Positions 48,686 to 56,913 of a stretch of 64,000 nt of DNA are shown piece by piece (the first letter of the stretch is position 1; each line of letters starts with the position of its first letter). The notes below the pieces were generated by a model that had not been told where the DNA came from, ran no database searches, and saw only the letters and a program-made list of their open reading frames with translations. Source of the stretch: an uncultured Chloroflexia bacterium (lineage in GTDB: Bacteria; Chloroflexota; Limnocylindria; Limnocylindrales; CSP1-4). Location: assembly GCA_963828165.1 (NCBI GenBank), contig CAWHDR010000001.1, forward strand, positions 2,496,001 to 2,560,000, written 5' to 3'. The position numbers and the translations under genes are program-made.

Positions 48686-48718
48686 GGACGCATCGTACGG
48701 AACCGGCGGCGAGCCGGT

Positions 48719-48895
48719 TCAGCCGGTCGGGCGTCCGGGACGGATCGACAGGACCAGCAGCGTCACCCCGAGCACGACGGACGCGATCGGCCACAGCCGC
48801 CCGAAGTCGAAGCCCGGGATCGCCTCGCGGGCCAGGAACAGCCCGCCGATGACGATGAGCACGAGTCCCGCCGCGATCGGGCCGCGTCCGCTCAC
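48719..48895 (-). CDS. Small LiaI/LiaF-TM-like (DUF5668) membrane protein, 58 aa
   Basis: Manual translation MSGRGPIAAGLVLIVIGGLFLAREAIPGFDFGRLWPIASVVLGVTLLVLSIRPGRPTG*; GTGA overlap. Confidence 0.7.
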   Translation of the reverse strand: MSGRGPIAAGLVLIVIGGLFLAREAIPGFDFGRLWPIASVVLGVTLLVLSIRPGRPTG

Positions 48896-49872
48896 GAACA
48901 GCCCTCCTCGGGGTCGAGCCGGAACGATCCGGCATTGGCCTCGATCTGCAGCTCGATCCTCGTGACCGCGGTGTCGTACCCGGGGGTCTCCCAGGTGTCG
49001 CCCACCTGGACGAGGCCCGCGGAACCGAAGTCGTACGACGACAACACGCTGTCCGCGGTATGCAGGCGCAGGGCCACACCGGGCGGGGCGCAGAGCCGGA
49101 TGCTGCCCGCGTTCGCCTCGATGGTGCCGGTCGTGGACACCGCTGGCAGGTAGAGCCCGAGCGACCCGGCATTGAGCCCGGCGTCGACGCTGCCGATCTC
49201 AGCGACGTCACGAAGGTTCACGGTGGCCTGGCCCGCGTTGAGCTCGACCGCAACCGCCCCCAGCCGCGCGTCGCCTAGGTCGGCGACGGCGGCGCCGGCG
49301 TCCAGGCTCAGGTCGATGTCGAGGCGCACGGTCGTTGGCAGGTTGACGATCCAGCGATCGCGCTCGCCGAGGAAGCCGAGATCGCCGTCGGGCGGCTGGA
49401 TCTCGAGGGTCTCGCCGTCGGCCGCGACGGCCGGTCCCTGACCGGCCTCATCAACGCCCTCGACCGTCCAGGCGTCGCCACGGGTCGTGCCGATCTCGAC
49501 GTTCCCGCAGGCGACCTCCACCTTCACGGAGGCGTCCGACTCGAACGTGCCGCTGCGTGGCTGGAACGGGGTGCCACCGTCGCCTGGCCCACATACCCCT
49601 GATGGCAGGTCGCCGATGCCGCCGAACCCGCCGGTCAGGATCCCCGCCGCGAGGAGGCCCAGCGTCCCCGAGACGATCAGGCCGCCGAGCATCTCGAGCG
49701 ACGTCCGGGTGAAGATGAGCCCGAGACCGATGCCGACCAGGATGAGCGGCCAGAACGTCCACCATCGATCGAGCACGGCCGGGTCGAGGAGACCGGTCTG
49801 CACCGCCAGCGGCACCCCGCCAGCCACGACGAAGAACACGCCCCAGCCCGCGAGGTCCCGGTGGATACGCAC
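48892..49872 (-). CDS. LiaF-like membrane protein with a C-terminal beta-repeat (DUF2154/adhesin-like) domain
   Basis: TFWPLILVGIGL TM motif; repeated L[DN]AG beta units. Confidence 0.6.
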   Translation of the reverse strand: MRIHRDLAGWGVFFVVAGGVPLAVQTGLLDPAVLDRWWTFWPLILVGIGLGLIFTRTSLEMLGGLIVSGTLGLLAAGILTGGFGGIGDLPSGVCGPGDGGTPFQPRSGTFESDASVKVEVACGNVEIGTTRGDAWTVEGVDEAGQGPAVAADGETLEIQPPDGDLGFLGERDRWIVNLPTTVRLDIDLSLDAGAAVADLGDARLGAVAVELNAGQATVNLRDVAEIGSVDAGLNAGSLGLYLPAVSTTGTIEANAGSIRLCAPPGVALRLHTADSVLSSYDFGSAGLVQVGDTWETPGYDTAVTRIELQIEANAGSFRLDPEEGCS

Positions 49873-50003
49873 CGCGGCACGATACCTTGCCGGCCGGGAG
49901 TGTGGCGACCCGTGATCGGGAGCGCGTGCGATCCGGGCAACGGCCCTGTGCTAGCCTCGAAACGGACGTTCCGTGCCCACCGACGGTCATGCGGGAGGAC
50001 AGC

Positions 50004-50585
50004 ATGCGGCTGAGCGATTGGCGGCAACGCGCGCCTCACAAGGACTCGTTGACGCCCAAGGTCCTGGCGGTCCTCGAGCCCATCCTCGCGTCGCTCGGCG
50101 CCACTCCAGATCCATCGTGCTGGATCGTGTGGGGCGAGGATCCGGGCGTCCGTTACGTGATGCTCGTGCCGACCGACGCCGGCCTGCTGCAGGTGCTCGT
50201 GCGTGTCAACGTCCCAGGCGAGGGTCCGCGCGCCTCCGCGAAGGTCATCCGCTGGGGACGGCTCCAGGTCGGAGAGCTCGGGCTGGAGACGGTGAGCAGC
50301 CACCACCTCCTGGGCTTCCAGGTCGAAAGCCACATCCTTCGGGGCTCCGACGACGAGGGCGATGCCATCGCTTCCTTCGCGCTCGAGGTCTTCGCCCGGA
50401 TCGACGGCCGGCCATTCGCGCCGAGCGCGGTCAAGCGCCCACGAGCAGCCAAAGCCGGCACCGCGTCGAAGACGGTCGCCAGATCGGCGGCGCGCAAACC
50501 GGCGGTCGTCTCGTCCAAGCCGGCCGCAGCGTCTCCCAAGTCCGCGGCCACTCGGAAGCCCGCGGCCGGACGCTCTAGTACTTGA
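50004..50585 (+). CDS. Hypothetical protein with a Lys/Ala-rich tail
   Basis: GGAGG RBS; GC3-biased; overlaps the next gene. Confidence 0.6.
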   Translation: MRLSDWRQRAPHKDSLTPKVLAVLEPILASLGATPDPSCWIVWGEDPGVRYVMLVPTDAGLLQVLVRVNVPGEGPRASAKVIRWGRLQVGELGLETVSSHHLLGFQVESHILRGSDDEGDAIASFALEVFARIDGRPFAPSAVKRPRAAKAGTASKTVARSAARKPAVVSSKPAAASPKSAATRKPAAGRSST

Positions 50586-51379
50586 GCGTCCGGCCCAAGG
50601 CCGCACCCGTGGAGGACCGGCCGCTTCATCCGTGGCGGCGGACGATCCGCTACTGGGCCTCGCGGCTCGTTTCCGGAGCGGTCACCCGAGCCTGGCTGCG
50701 GCTCGAATGCCAGGGCTTCGAACAGCTTCCGGACGGCCCGGCGATCTACTGCTTCAACCACCTGTCCTGGGCGGATCCGTTCGTCCTGATGGCCACGCTC
50801 CCGATGCGTCCGCGCTTGTCGTTCTTCGGTCCGAAGGAGGAGGACATGGGCGTCGGCGGTCGCAACCGGCTCATGCACTGGACCGGGGCGACGATCCCCT
50901 ACAAACCGGGCAAGAACGACCTGCTCGAGGCGACCCGAAAGGTGGGGGCGGTCATCGGTGCCGGTGGGATCGTCGCGATCGCGGGGGAGGGGAGGATCGG
51001 TGCCCTTGAGGCGGCCGTGCTCCCGCTCAACGACGGACCCGCCTATTTCGCCCTGCGGTCGCGCGTGCCGCTCGTCCCGATCGCGATCAACGGGACGAGC
51101 TGGCTGCGGTTCGGCGGCCGCATCCGGGTCCGCGTCGGCCAACCCATCGTGGGAATCGGTCGGCCTGATCGAACGAACGTGGCCGAGATGACGGCTGCTC
51201 TCCAGGCGTCACTCGCGGCCCTGGTCGCCGATGCTCAGCAGCCCGTACGCACCGGCCGGTCCGGGGCATGGCTGTCGGAGCGGTTCAACGAATGGCCCGA
51301 AGGCTCCCGCGAGGCGGCCCTGGCCGCCCAGATCGATGGGGCGATCGAGCCACAGCCGCTGGCCGCTGCGGGCGGCTGA
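50582..51379 (+). CDS. Lysophospholipid acyltransferase (PlsC family)
   Basis: NHLSWAD (HX4D), GEGRI, VPLVPIAING. Confidence 0.85.
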   Translation: MSVRPKAAPVEDRPLHPWRRTIRYWASRLVSGAVTRAWLRLECQGFEQLPDGPAIYCFNHLSWADPFVLMATLPMRPRLSFFGPKEEDMGVGGRNRLMHWTGATIPYKPGKNDLLEATRKVGAVIGAGGIVAIAGEGRIGALEAAVLPLNDGPAYFALRSRVPLVPIAINGTSWLRFGGRIRVRVGQPIVGIGRPDRTNVAEMTAALQASLAALVADAQQPVRTGRSGAWLSERFNEWPEGSREAALAAQIDGAIEPQPLAAAGG

Positions 51380-51429
51380 CCGGGCGTCTCTGGCATACTC
51401 GGCGCGCAGGATCCCCCTCAGGAGCGACC

Positions 51430-51795
51430 GTGGCTGCAACCGGCCTGTCCACCGATTCCACCGAGTACCGAACCCGCCTCAACGAGCAGACCGACCAGCA
51501 GATCGACCTGTGGGCGCAGGAGATGATGCGCGACGTGGCCAAGCGTCGGGGCGTCCTTCGGGTCCTCGATGATCTGCGCCGCGCTGCGCGACTCTCGGAA
51601 CGCGATATCGAACGGGTGTTCGCTTCAGGCGATGGACCGCCGGCGGTGATCGGGCGAGACGCCCAGGGCCGCCAGATGATGCCGGCAGTGGCCCTGTACG
51701 CACTCGTCCCCGGACTGCGCGCGGACACCGCCGACGCCCGGGAGCGTCTCATCGACTACCTGGTCGAGAACTTCCACGAGCTCGTCTACGTCTGA
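51430..51795 (+). CDS. Hypothetical protein
   Basis: AGGAG RBS before GTG; GC3-biased 121-aa ORF. Confidence 0.6.
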   Translation: MAATGLSTDSTEYRTRLNEQTDQQIDLWAQEMMRDVAKRRGVLRVLDDLRRAARLSERDIERVFASGDGPPAVIGRDAQGRQMMPAVALYALVPGLRADTADARERLIDYLVENFHELVYV

Positions 51796-52633
51796 CGGGC
51801 CCCTCACCAGGGCCGCGGCGTTCATCCGGCTCGCCCATCCGTTCCCGTCGCTGCTGGACGGCGTCGTCGTCGGCGCGGTCGCCGTCGCCGCCGGTGCGGA
51901 TCTTGGGCGAGCGCTCGGCCTCGGGCTGTCGATGACGGCGCTCCAGGCCTCGATCGGGGCGCTGAACGACATCCGCGATGCTCCCGACGATGCCGGTCAC
52001 AAGCCCGGCAAGCCGATCCCGGCGGGCCTGGTGAGCGTGACGGTGGCCTGGGCGGTCGTGGTCATGGGCGCGGCCTTCGGGATCGCCCTCGGAGCGCTGG
52101 CCGATGTTCGGATCGGGGCGCTCGCGGTCGTCGTGCTGCTCATCGGCTACGGCTACGACCTTCTTGCGAAGGGGACGGCCTGGTCCTGGCTCCCGTTCGC
52201 GCTGGGTATCCCCCTGCTTCCGGTCTACGGCTGGCTGGGTGCCACCGGGGCGCTCCCGTCCTTCTTCGTCGCCCTGCTCCCGATGACGATGCTGGCCGGC
52301 GCGGCGCTCGCCATCGCGAATGCCCGAGCGGATCTGGAACGGGACGTGGGGGCGGGCACCGTGTCGGTCGCCACCCGGCTCGGCGCCGAGAGGTCGTGGC
52401 GGCTGCACGCCGCACTCTGGTCGGTGGTCCTGGTCGTGGGGCTGGGTTCCCTCGCCTTCCGTGGCGTGGGACTCGACCAGATCGTCCCGGTGGCCGCCGC
52501 GGCTGGCCTCATCGGAGCGACCGTGGTCGGGTCGCGCCACGCTCGACCGGCCGTCCGGGAGCGGGCCTGGCAGTTCGAGGCTGCTGGCGGGGGGCTGGCC
52601 CTGTTGGCCTGGCTGGCGGCCGCTGTTCTCTAG
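51788..52633 (+). CDS. UbiA-family prenyltransferase; start codon uncertain
   Basis: RLAHPFPS, SIGALNDIRDAPDD, KPIPAG, NARADLERD; homology-like sequence extends upstream of the first ATG (51932). Confidence 0.8.
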   Translation, partial: TSDGPLTRAAAFIRLAHPFPSLLDGVVVGAVAVAAGADLGRALGLGLSMTALQASIGALNDIRDAPDDAGHKPGKPIPAGLVSVTVAWAVVVMGAAFGIALGALADVRIGALAVVVLLIGYGYDLLAKGTAWSWLPFALGIPLLPVYGWLGATGALPSFFVALLPMTMLAGAALAIANARADLERDVGAGTVSVATRLGAERSWRLHAALWSVVLVVGLGSLAFRGVGLDQIVPVAAAAGLIGATVVGSRHARPAVRERAWQFEAAGGGLALLAWLAAAVL

Positions 52634-52775
52634 GGCACAGGCCCGGCGGAGGCAAGACGAACCCGAACGGGACCTTCGTCCTCCCTAACACCGCCCACCG
52701 GCATTCGTTCTCAAGGATGCGGGGTCAAGACCCTGGGGCCGGATGGCCCGCCCCCGCGAATGGAGGCCCGACATC

Positions 52776-53277
52776 GTGCATCGACACACTCGCCACCTCC
52801 GCGGCCTGCTGGTCGCCCTCGCCGCGCTCGTCCTGACAGCGGGAGCGGTGTTCGCAGCCCGTCCGGCTTCGGTCGAAGCCCCACCGGCGGCTGCCGGGGA
52901 TGGACTGACACGCGCATCCGAGGCGGCGGGCAAGACAGTGCCGGTCCGACCCGAGGCGCCGGCCGTGCCCGAGGCCGACGTGGACGATGACGCGGACGAG
53001 ACCGTCCCCGAGGCCGACGAAGTTGAAGCGGCAGCCGACGAGGCCGCGGGCGAACGCCCCGAGAACCACGGCTGGTTCGTCTCCGAGGCGGCGAAGGCCG
53101 AGACCCCCGACGGCTTCGACAACCACGGCGCCTACGTGTCCGAGATCGCCCGCGGTGACGAGGGCAAGCCGGAGGCGGCCACGGCCGCTCGTGACGGCGG
53201 GATCGGCAAAGGCGGAAGCCGCAAAGGCCCGCAAGGCCGAGCGCGCGCCCAAGGGCGCGAAGGGCGGCAACGACTAG
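52776..53277 (+). CDS. Secreted acidic protein with two NHG motifs; probable +1 frameshift near 53190-53200
   Basis: GGAGG RBS, signal peptide, NHGWFVSEAAK and NHGAYVSEIAR; alternate frame ends AKAEAAK...GGND* just before a hairpin. Confidence 0.6.
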
Positions 53278-53299
53278 GAACGGTCCTCGACCCCCAAAC

Positions 53300-53332
53300 G
53301 ACGAAGCCGGCGCCATCGGCGCCGGCTTCGTC
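53300..53332. terminator. Stem-loop between convergent genes
   Basis: gacgaagccggcgcc-atc-ggcgccggcttcgtc. Confidence 0.78.
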
Positions 53333-53354
53333 ATGTCCAGATCGGTTCGGTCGG

Positions 53355-54398
53355 TCAGTCGCGGGGGTCACCTGTCCGGACGATGGCGATCGCGTTCTCC
53401 AGGCGGAGCTTCGCGATCGTGAGGTACTTCGCGAGGTTGGCCCGGTCGATCTCGGTGATCGAGGCCACGGCATCAGGGGAGCGAAGGACGTCGACCAAGG
53501 CATCGAGTGCCTCGCCCAGGTCCTGCTTGGCGTTGACGAGCGAATCGTCGGTGAGCTCCACGGCCGGCCGGGGTGCCGTCTCCGCGACCGCGGCGTCGTC
53601 ATCGATCTCGAGGTCCACATCGTCGTGGCCAACACCGTTGGTCCCATCGAGCCCGTTGCCATCCGCGCCGATGTCGTCGATGACCCGCACCGGCCGAGAC
53701 CGGCGACCCTCGATCTTGTCGCGGAGCTTGATCAGGGTCAGTTCACCACGAGCGACCTGGTCGGCCAGCCTGCGGCGCTTCTTGGGGTCGTCGACCTTCA
53801 TCAGCTCGTAGGCGTGGGACAGGGTGTCTTTGCGCAAGGACACGAGCTCTCGGATCTCCGGCGGCGCATCGGCGAGCCGGAGCCGGTTCTCGAGGTAGCC
53901 CTTGTCCTTGCCCAGCTTGTCGGCAAGCTTGCGGATGCTGTAGCCGTGTTCCCGGACCATCCGGTCGTACATCGCGGCTTCATCGAGCGGCGAGATGTCC
54001 TCGCGCTGGAGGTTCTCGATGATCGAGATCTCCAGGGCGGTGTCGTCGTCGATCTCCTCGATGAGGGCCGGGATCGTCTCGAGGCCGGCCTGCTTCGAGG
54101 CTCGCCAGCGCCGCTCGCCGGCAACGAGCTGGTAGCGGTTCTGGCCGATGGGTCGGACGAGGATGGGCTGCAGGACGCCGTGCTCGCGGATGGAGGCAGT
54201 CAGCTCGTCGAGCGTCTCCTGGTTGAAGGCGAGTCGCGGCTGCTGCGGGTTGGAGTCGATGCGATCGACCGGAACGATCCGGACGCCGACACTGCGCGTC
54301 GGGGAGTCGTTCGACAGGAGGCTGACGATGGCAGGGGAGAGCTCACGCTCTTCCGACAGGCGACGCGCGGCGGTCGCTCGGAAATCAGGCCGTGCCAA
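53355..54398 (-). CDS. parB: ParB/Spo0J-family partition protein with a divergent HTH
   Basis: [25 protein letters not shown] (CTP-binding), [12 protein letters not shown]. Confidence 0.92.
   Translation of the reverse strand: MARPDFRATAARRLSEERELSPAIVSLLSNDSPTRSVGVRIVPVDRIDSNPQQPRLAFNQETLDELTASIREHGVLQPILVRPIGQNRYQLVAGERRWRASKQAGLETIPALIEEIDDDTALEISIIENLQREDISPLDEAAMYDRMVREHGYSIRKLADKLGKDKGYLENRLRLADAPPEIRELVSLRKDTLSHAYELMKVDDPKKRRRLADQVARGELTLIKLRDKIEGRRSRPVRVIDDIGADGNGLDGTNGVGHDDVDLEIDDDAAVAETAPRPAVELTDDSLVNAKQDLGEALDALVDVLRSPDAVASITEIDRANLAKYLTIAKLRLENAIAIVRTGDPRD
53826..53841. promoter_or_regulatory. 16-bp palindrome copy 1 (candidate non-canonical parS), inside parB
   Basis: GTCTTTGCGCAAGGAC (15/16), extended by gt...ac. 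Confidence 0.5.
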
Positions 54399-55155
54399 GT
54401 TCGACCACCTCCCGCGCGAGCTCGCGGTACGTACGCGCGGCGTCGCTGCCCCCGGCATAGGTCGTGATGGGGCGTCCCACCAGCGGTGCCTCGCCGAGCT
54501 TCACGGTGTTACGAATGATGCTGCTGAACACGTGGTGATCGCCAACGACCCGGAGCTCGTCGAGCATGTCCCGAGCGAGATTCGTTCGGCCGTCGTAGAA
54601 CGTTGGCAGCAGTCCGAGGATCTTCAGGTCCCGGTTCAGCTTGAGCCGGATCGCGTTGATGACCTTGACGAGGTTCGTCAGGCCCTTCATCGCGTAGTAC
54701 TGGGTCTGGACCGGGATGATCACGCCGTTTGCAGCGACGAGACCATTCACCGTCAGCAACCCGAGGTTCGGCGGGCAATCGATGAGGACGTAGTCGTAGG
54801 CGTCCGCCTGGCCTTCGATCGCGTCACGCAGGATCTGCTCGCGGCCAAGGGCGGTGAAAAGCTCGCCCTCGGTCGATGCCAGGTCGATGTGCGCGGGCGC
54901 GACGTCGATGCCCGCGCTCTCTGTGGGGCGGATGACTTCGGAAAGGGTCGCTCGTCCATCGGCGAGCACGTCAGCCATCGAGCGTTCGACGGTGTTGAGG
55001 TTGATCCCGAGTCCGGCCGTCAGGTTGGCCTGGGGATCCATATCGATGCAGAGGACCCGGAGGCCCTCCTCAGCGAGGGCGCCCGCGAGGTTGATCGCCG
55101 TGGTGGTCTTGCCCACTCCACCCTTCTGATTGGCGATCGCGATCACATTGGTCAC
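54385..55155 (-). CDS. parA: ParA/Soj-family ATPase
   Basis: [30 protein letters not shown]. Confidence 0.95.
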   Translation of the reverse strand: MTNVIAIANQKGGVGKTTTAINLAGALAEEGLRVLCIDMDPQANLTAGLGINLNTVERSMADVLADGRATLSEVIRPTESAGIDVAPAHIDLASTEGELFTALGREQILRDAIEGQADAYDYVLIDCPPNLGLLTVNGLVAANGVIIPVQTQYYAMKGLTNLVKVINAIRLKLNRDLKILGLLPTFYDGRTNLARDMLDELRVVGDHHVFSSIIRNTVKLGEAPLVGRPITTYAGGSDAARTYRELAREVVELGTA

Positions 55156-55259
55156 CAGGGCATCACCTCGAATCATCGGCCGGGCTCGCGCGCTCTGCGG
55201 GCGGTTGGGGCGGGGATGCCGTCATGCTACTCCAGCCCGCGCCCCAGCGAACACGCTGG

Positions 55260-55302
55260 TTATCCACACGGATCGCGAGTTGTTCACCATTTCGGTGGAT
55301 AA
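55260..55302. promoter_or_regulatory. DnaA-box cluster between parA and pccB
   Basis: Perfect TTATCCACA at 55260; inverted 8/9 box ggtggataa at 55294; weak ttgttcacc at 55280. Confidence 0.65.
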
Positions 55303-55325
55303 GTAGGACCGTATGATGGGCCACT

Positions 55326-55341
55326 GTCCGTGCACAAAGAC
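55326..55341. promoter_or_regulatory. 16-bp palindrome copy 2 (degenerate), intergenic upstream of parA
   Basis: GTCCGTGCACAAAGAC (13/16). Confidence 0.35.
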
Positions 55342-55367
55342 GGCCCACCGCAACGGGAGGATCGGCA

Positions 55368-56913
55368 TTGCCGACGAATGAGGAGCGAGCCGCACGCCTC
55401 GATGCGATGCGAGCGGAGTCGATGCTCGGTGGCGGACAGGAGCGCATCGACCAGCAACATGAGCGCGGAAAGCTCACCGCGCGAGAGCGGTTGGAGCTGC
55501 TGCTCGACGCCGGATCGTTCGTGGAGTTCGACGCATTCGTCACGAATCGCAACCCCGACGCCGAGACCGCGTTCCTCGGGGACGGCGTGGTCACCGGCCA
55601 CGGCAAGATCGACGGGCGGCTCGTCTTCGTGTTCAGCCAGGACTTCACGGTCTTCGGCGGATCGTTGTCCGAGGCGTACGCGGAAAAGATCTGCAAGGTG
55701 ATGGACCTTGCGATGAAGGTCGGAGCACCGATCATCGGGCTCAACGACTCGGGAGGCGCCCGCATCCAGGAGGGCGTCGTGTCGCTCGGTGGGTACGCCG
55801 ACATCTTCCTGCGAAACACGTTGGCCTCGGGTGTCGTACCGCAGTTGTCGCTGGTGATGGGCCCGTGTGCCGGCGGGGCGGTGTACTCCCCGGCGATCAC
55901 CGACTTCACGATCATGGTCGAGGGCACGAGCTACATGTTCGTCACCGGGCCGAACGTCGTGAAGGCCGTCACCCACGAGGACGTCGACGCGGAGACGCTT
56001 GGTGGGGCGACGACCCACACGACGCGCAGCGGGGTTGCGCACATCGCGGCCCACGACGAAGCGGAGGCGCTCGGCTTCGCGCGGCGGATCCTCGGGCACC
56101 TGCCACAGAACAATCTCGACGACGCGCCGCGGGGATCGACGTCGGATCCGATCGATCGGCAGGACGCCGCGCTGGATCGGATCGTCCCGGACGACCCGAG
56201 CAAGCCATACGACATGCATCAGGTCATCGAGCTCGTCGTCGACGACGGCGCATATCCTCGAGATCCAGCCGGGCTGGGCGCCGAACATCCTGACGGGCTT
56301 CGCGCGACTCGGCGGGCGCAGCGTCGGCATCGTCGCGCAGCAGCCAGCGGTCCTTGCCGGCGCGCTGGACATCGACGCCTCGACGAAGGCGGCACGGTTC
56401 GTCCGGACCTGCGACTGCTTCAACGTGCCGATCATCACCTTGGTCGACGTGCCGGGTTTCATGCCGGGCGTCGGTCAGGAACACGGCGGGATCATCCGTC
56501 ACGGAGCCAAGCTGCTGTACGCCTACTGCGAGGCGACCGTCCCCAAGCTGACGGTGATCACGCGCAAGGCCTACGGCGGCGCGTACGACGTCATGTCCAG
56601 CAAACATGTTCGCGGCGACATCAACCTGGCGTGGCCCACTGCGGAGATCGCCGTGATGGGCGCAGAGGGCGCGGTCAACATCCTCCACCGCGACACGATC
56701 GCGGCCGCCGCGGACCCGGCTGCCGAGCGCGCCAGGCTCGTTGCCGACTACGAGGAGCGTTTCGCCAACCCATATGCCGCCGCGGCTCGCGGCTACGTCG
56801 ATGACGTCATCAGGCCGTCGGAGACTCGGCCACGGCTCATCGCCGCGCTGGAGATGCTGGCCGACAAGCGCGACACGAATCCACCGAAGAAGCACGGCAA
56901 CATCCCGCTGTGA
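55368..56913 (+). CDS. pccB: Acyl-CoA (propionyl-CoA) carboxylase carboxyltransferase subunit; +1 frameshift near 56253
   Basis: [24 protein letters not shown], then [25 protein letters not shown]. Confidence 0.9.

Noticed and set aside
52743-54467. 574-aa ORF overlapping parB on the opposite strand
   Set aside because: Read-through from the probable frameshift near 53195; the remainder is antisense to parB
21080-56260. Programmed frameshifting or phase variation at the shift sites
   Set aside because: No long homopolymers or slippery heptamers, and the genes are functionally unrelated
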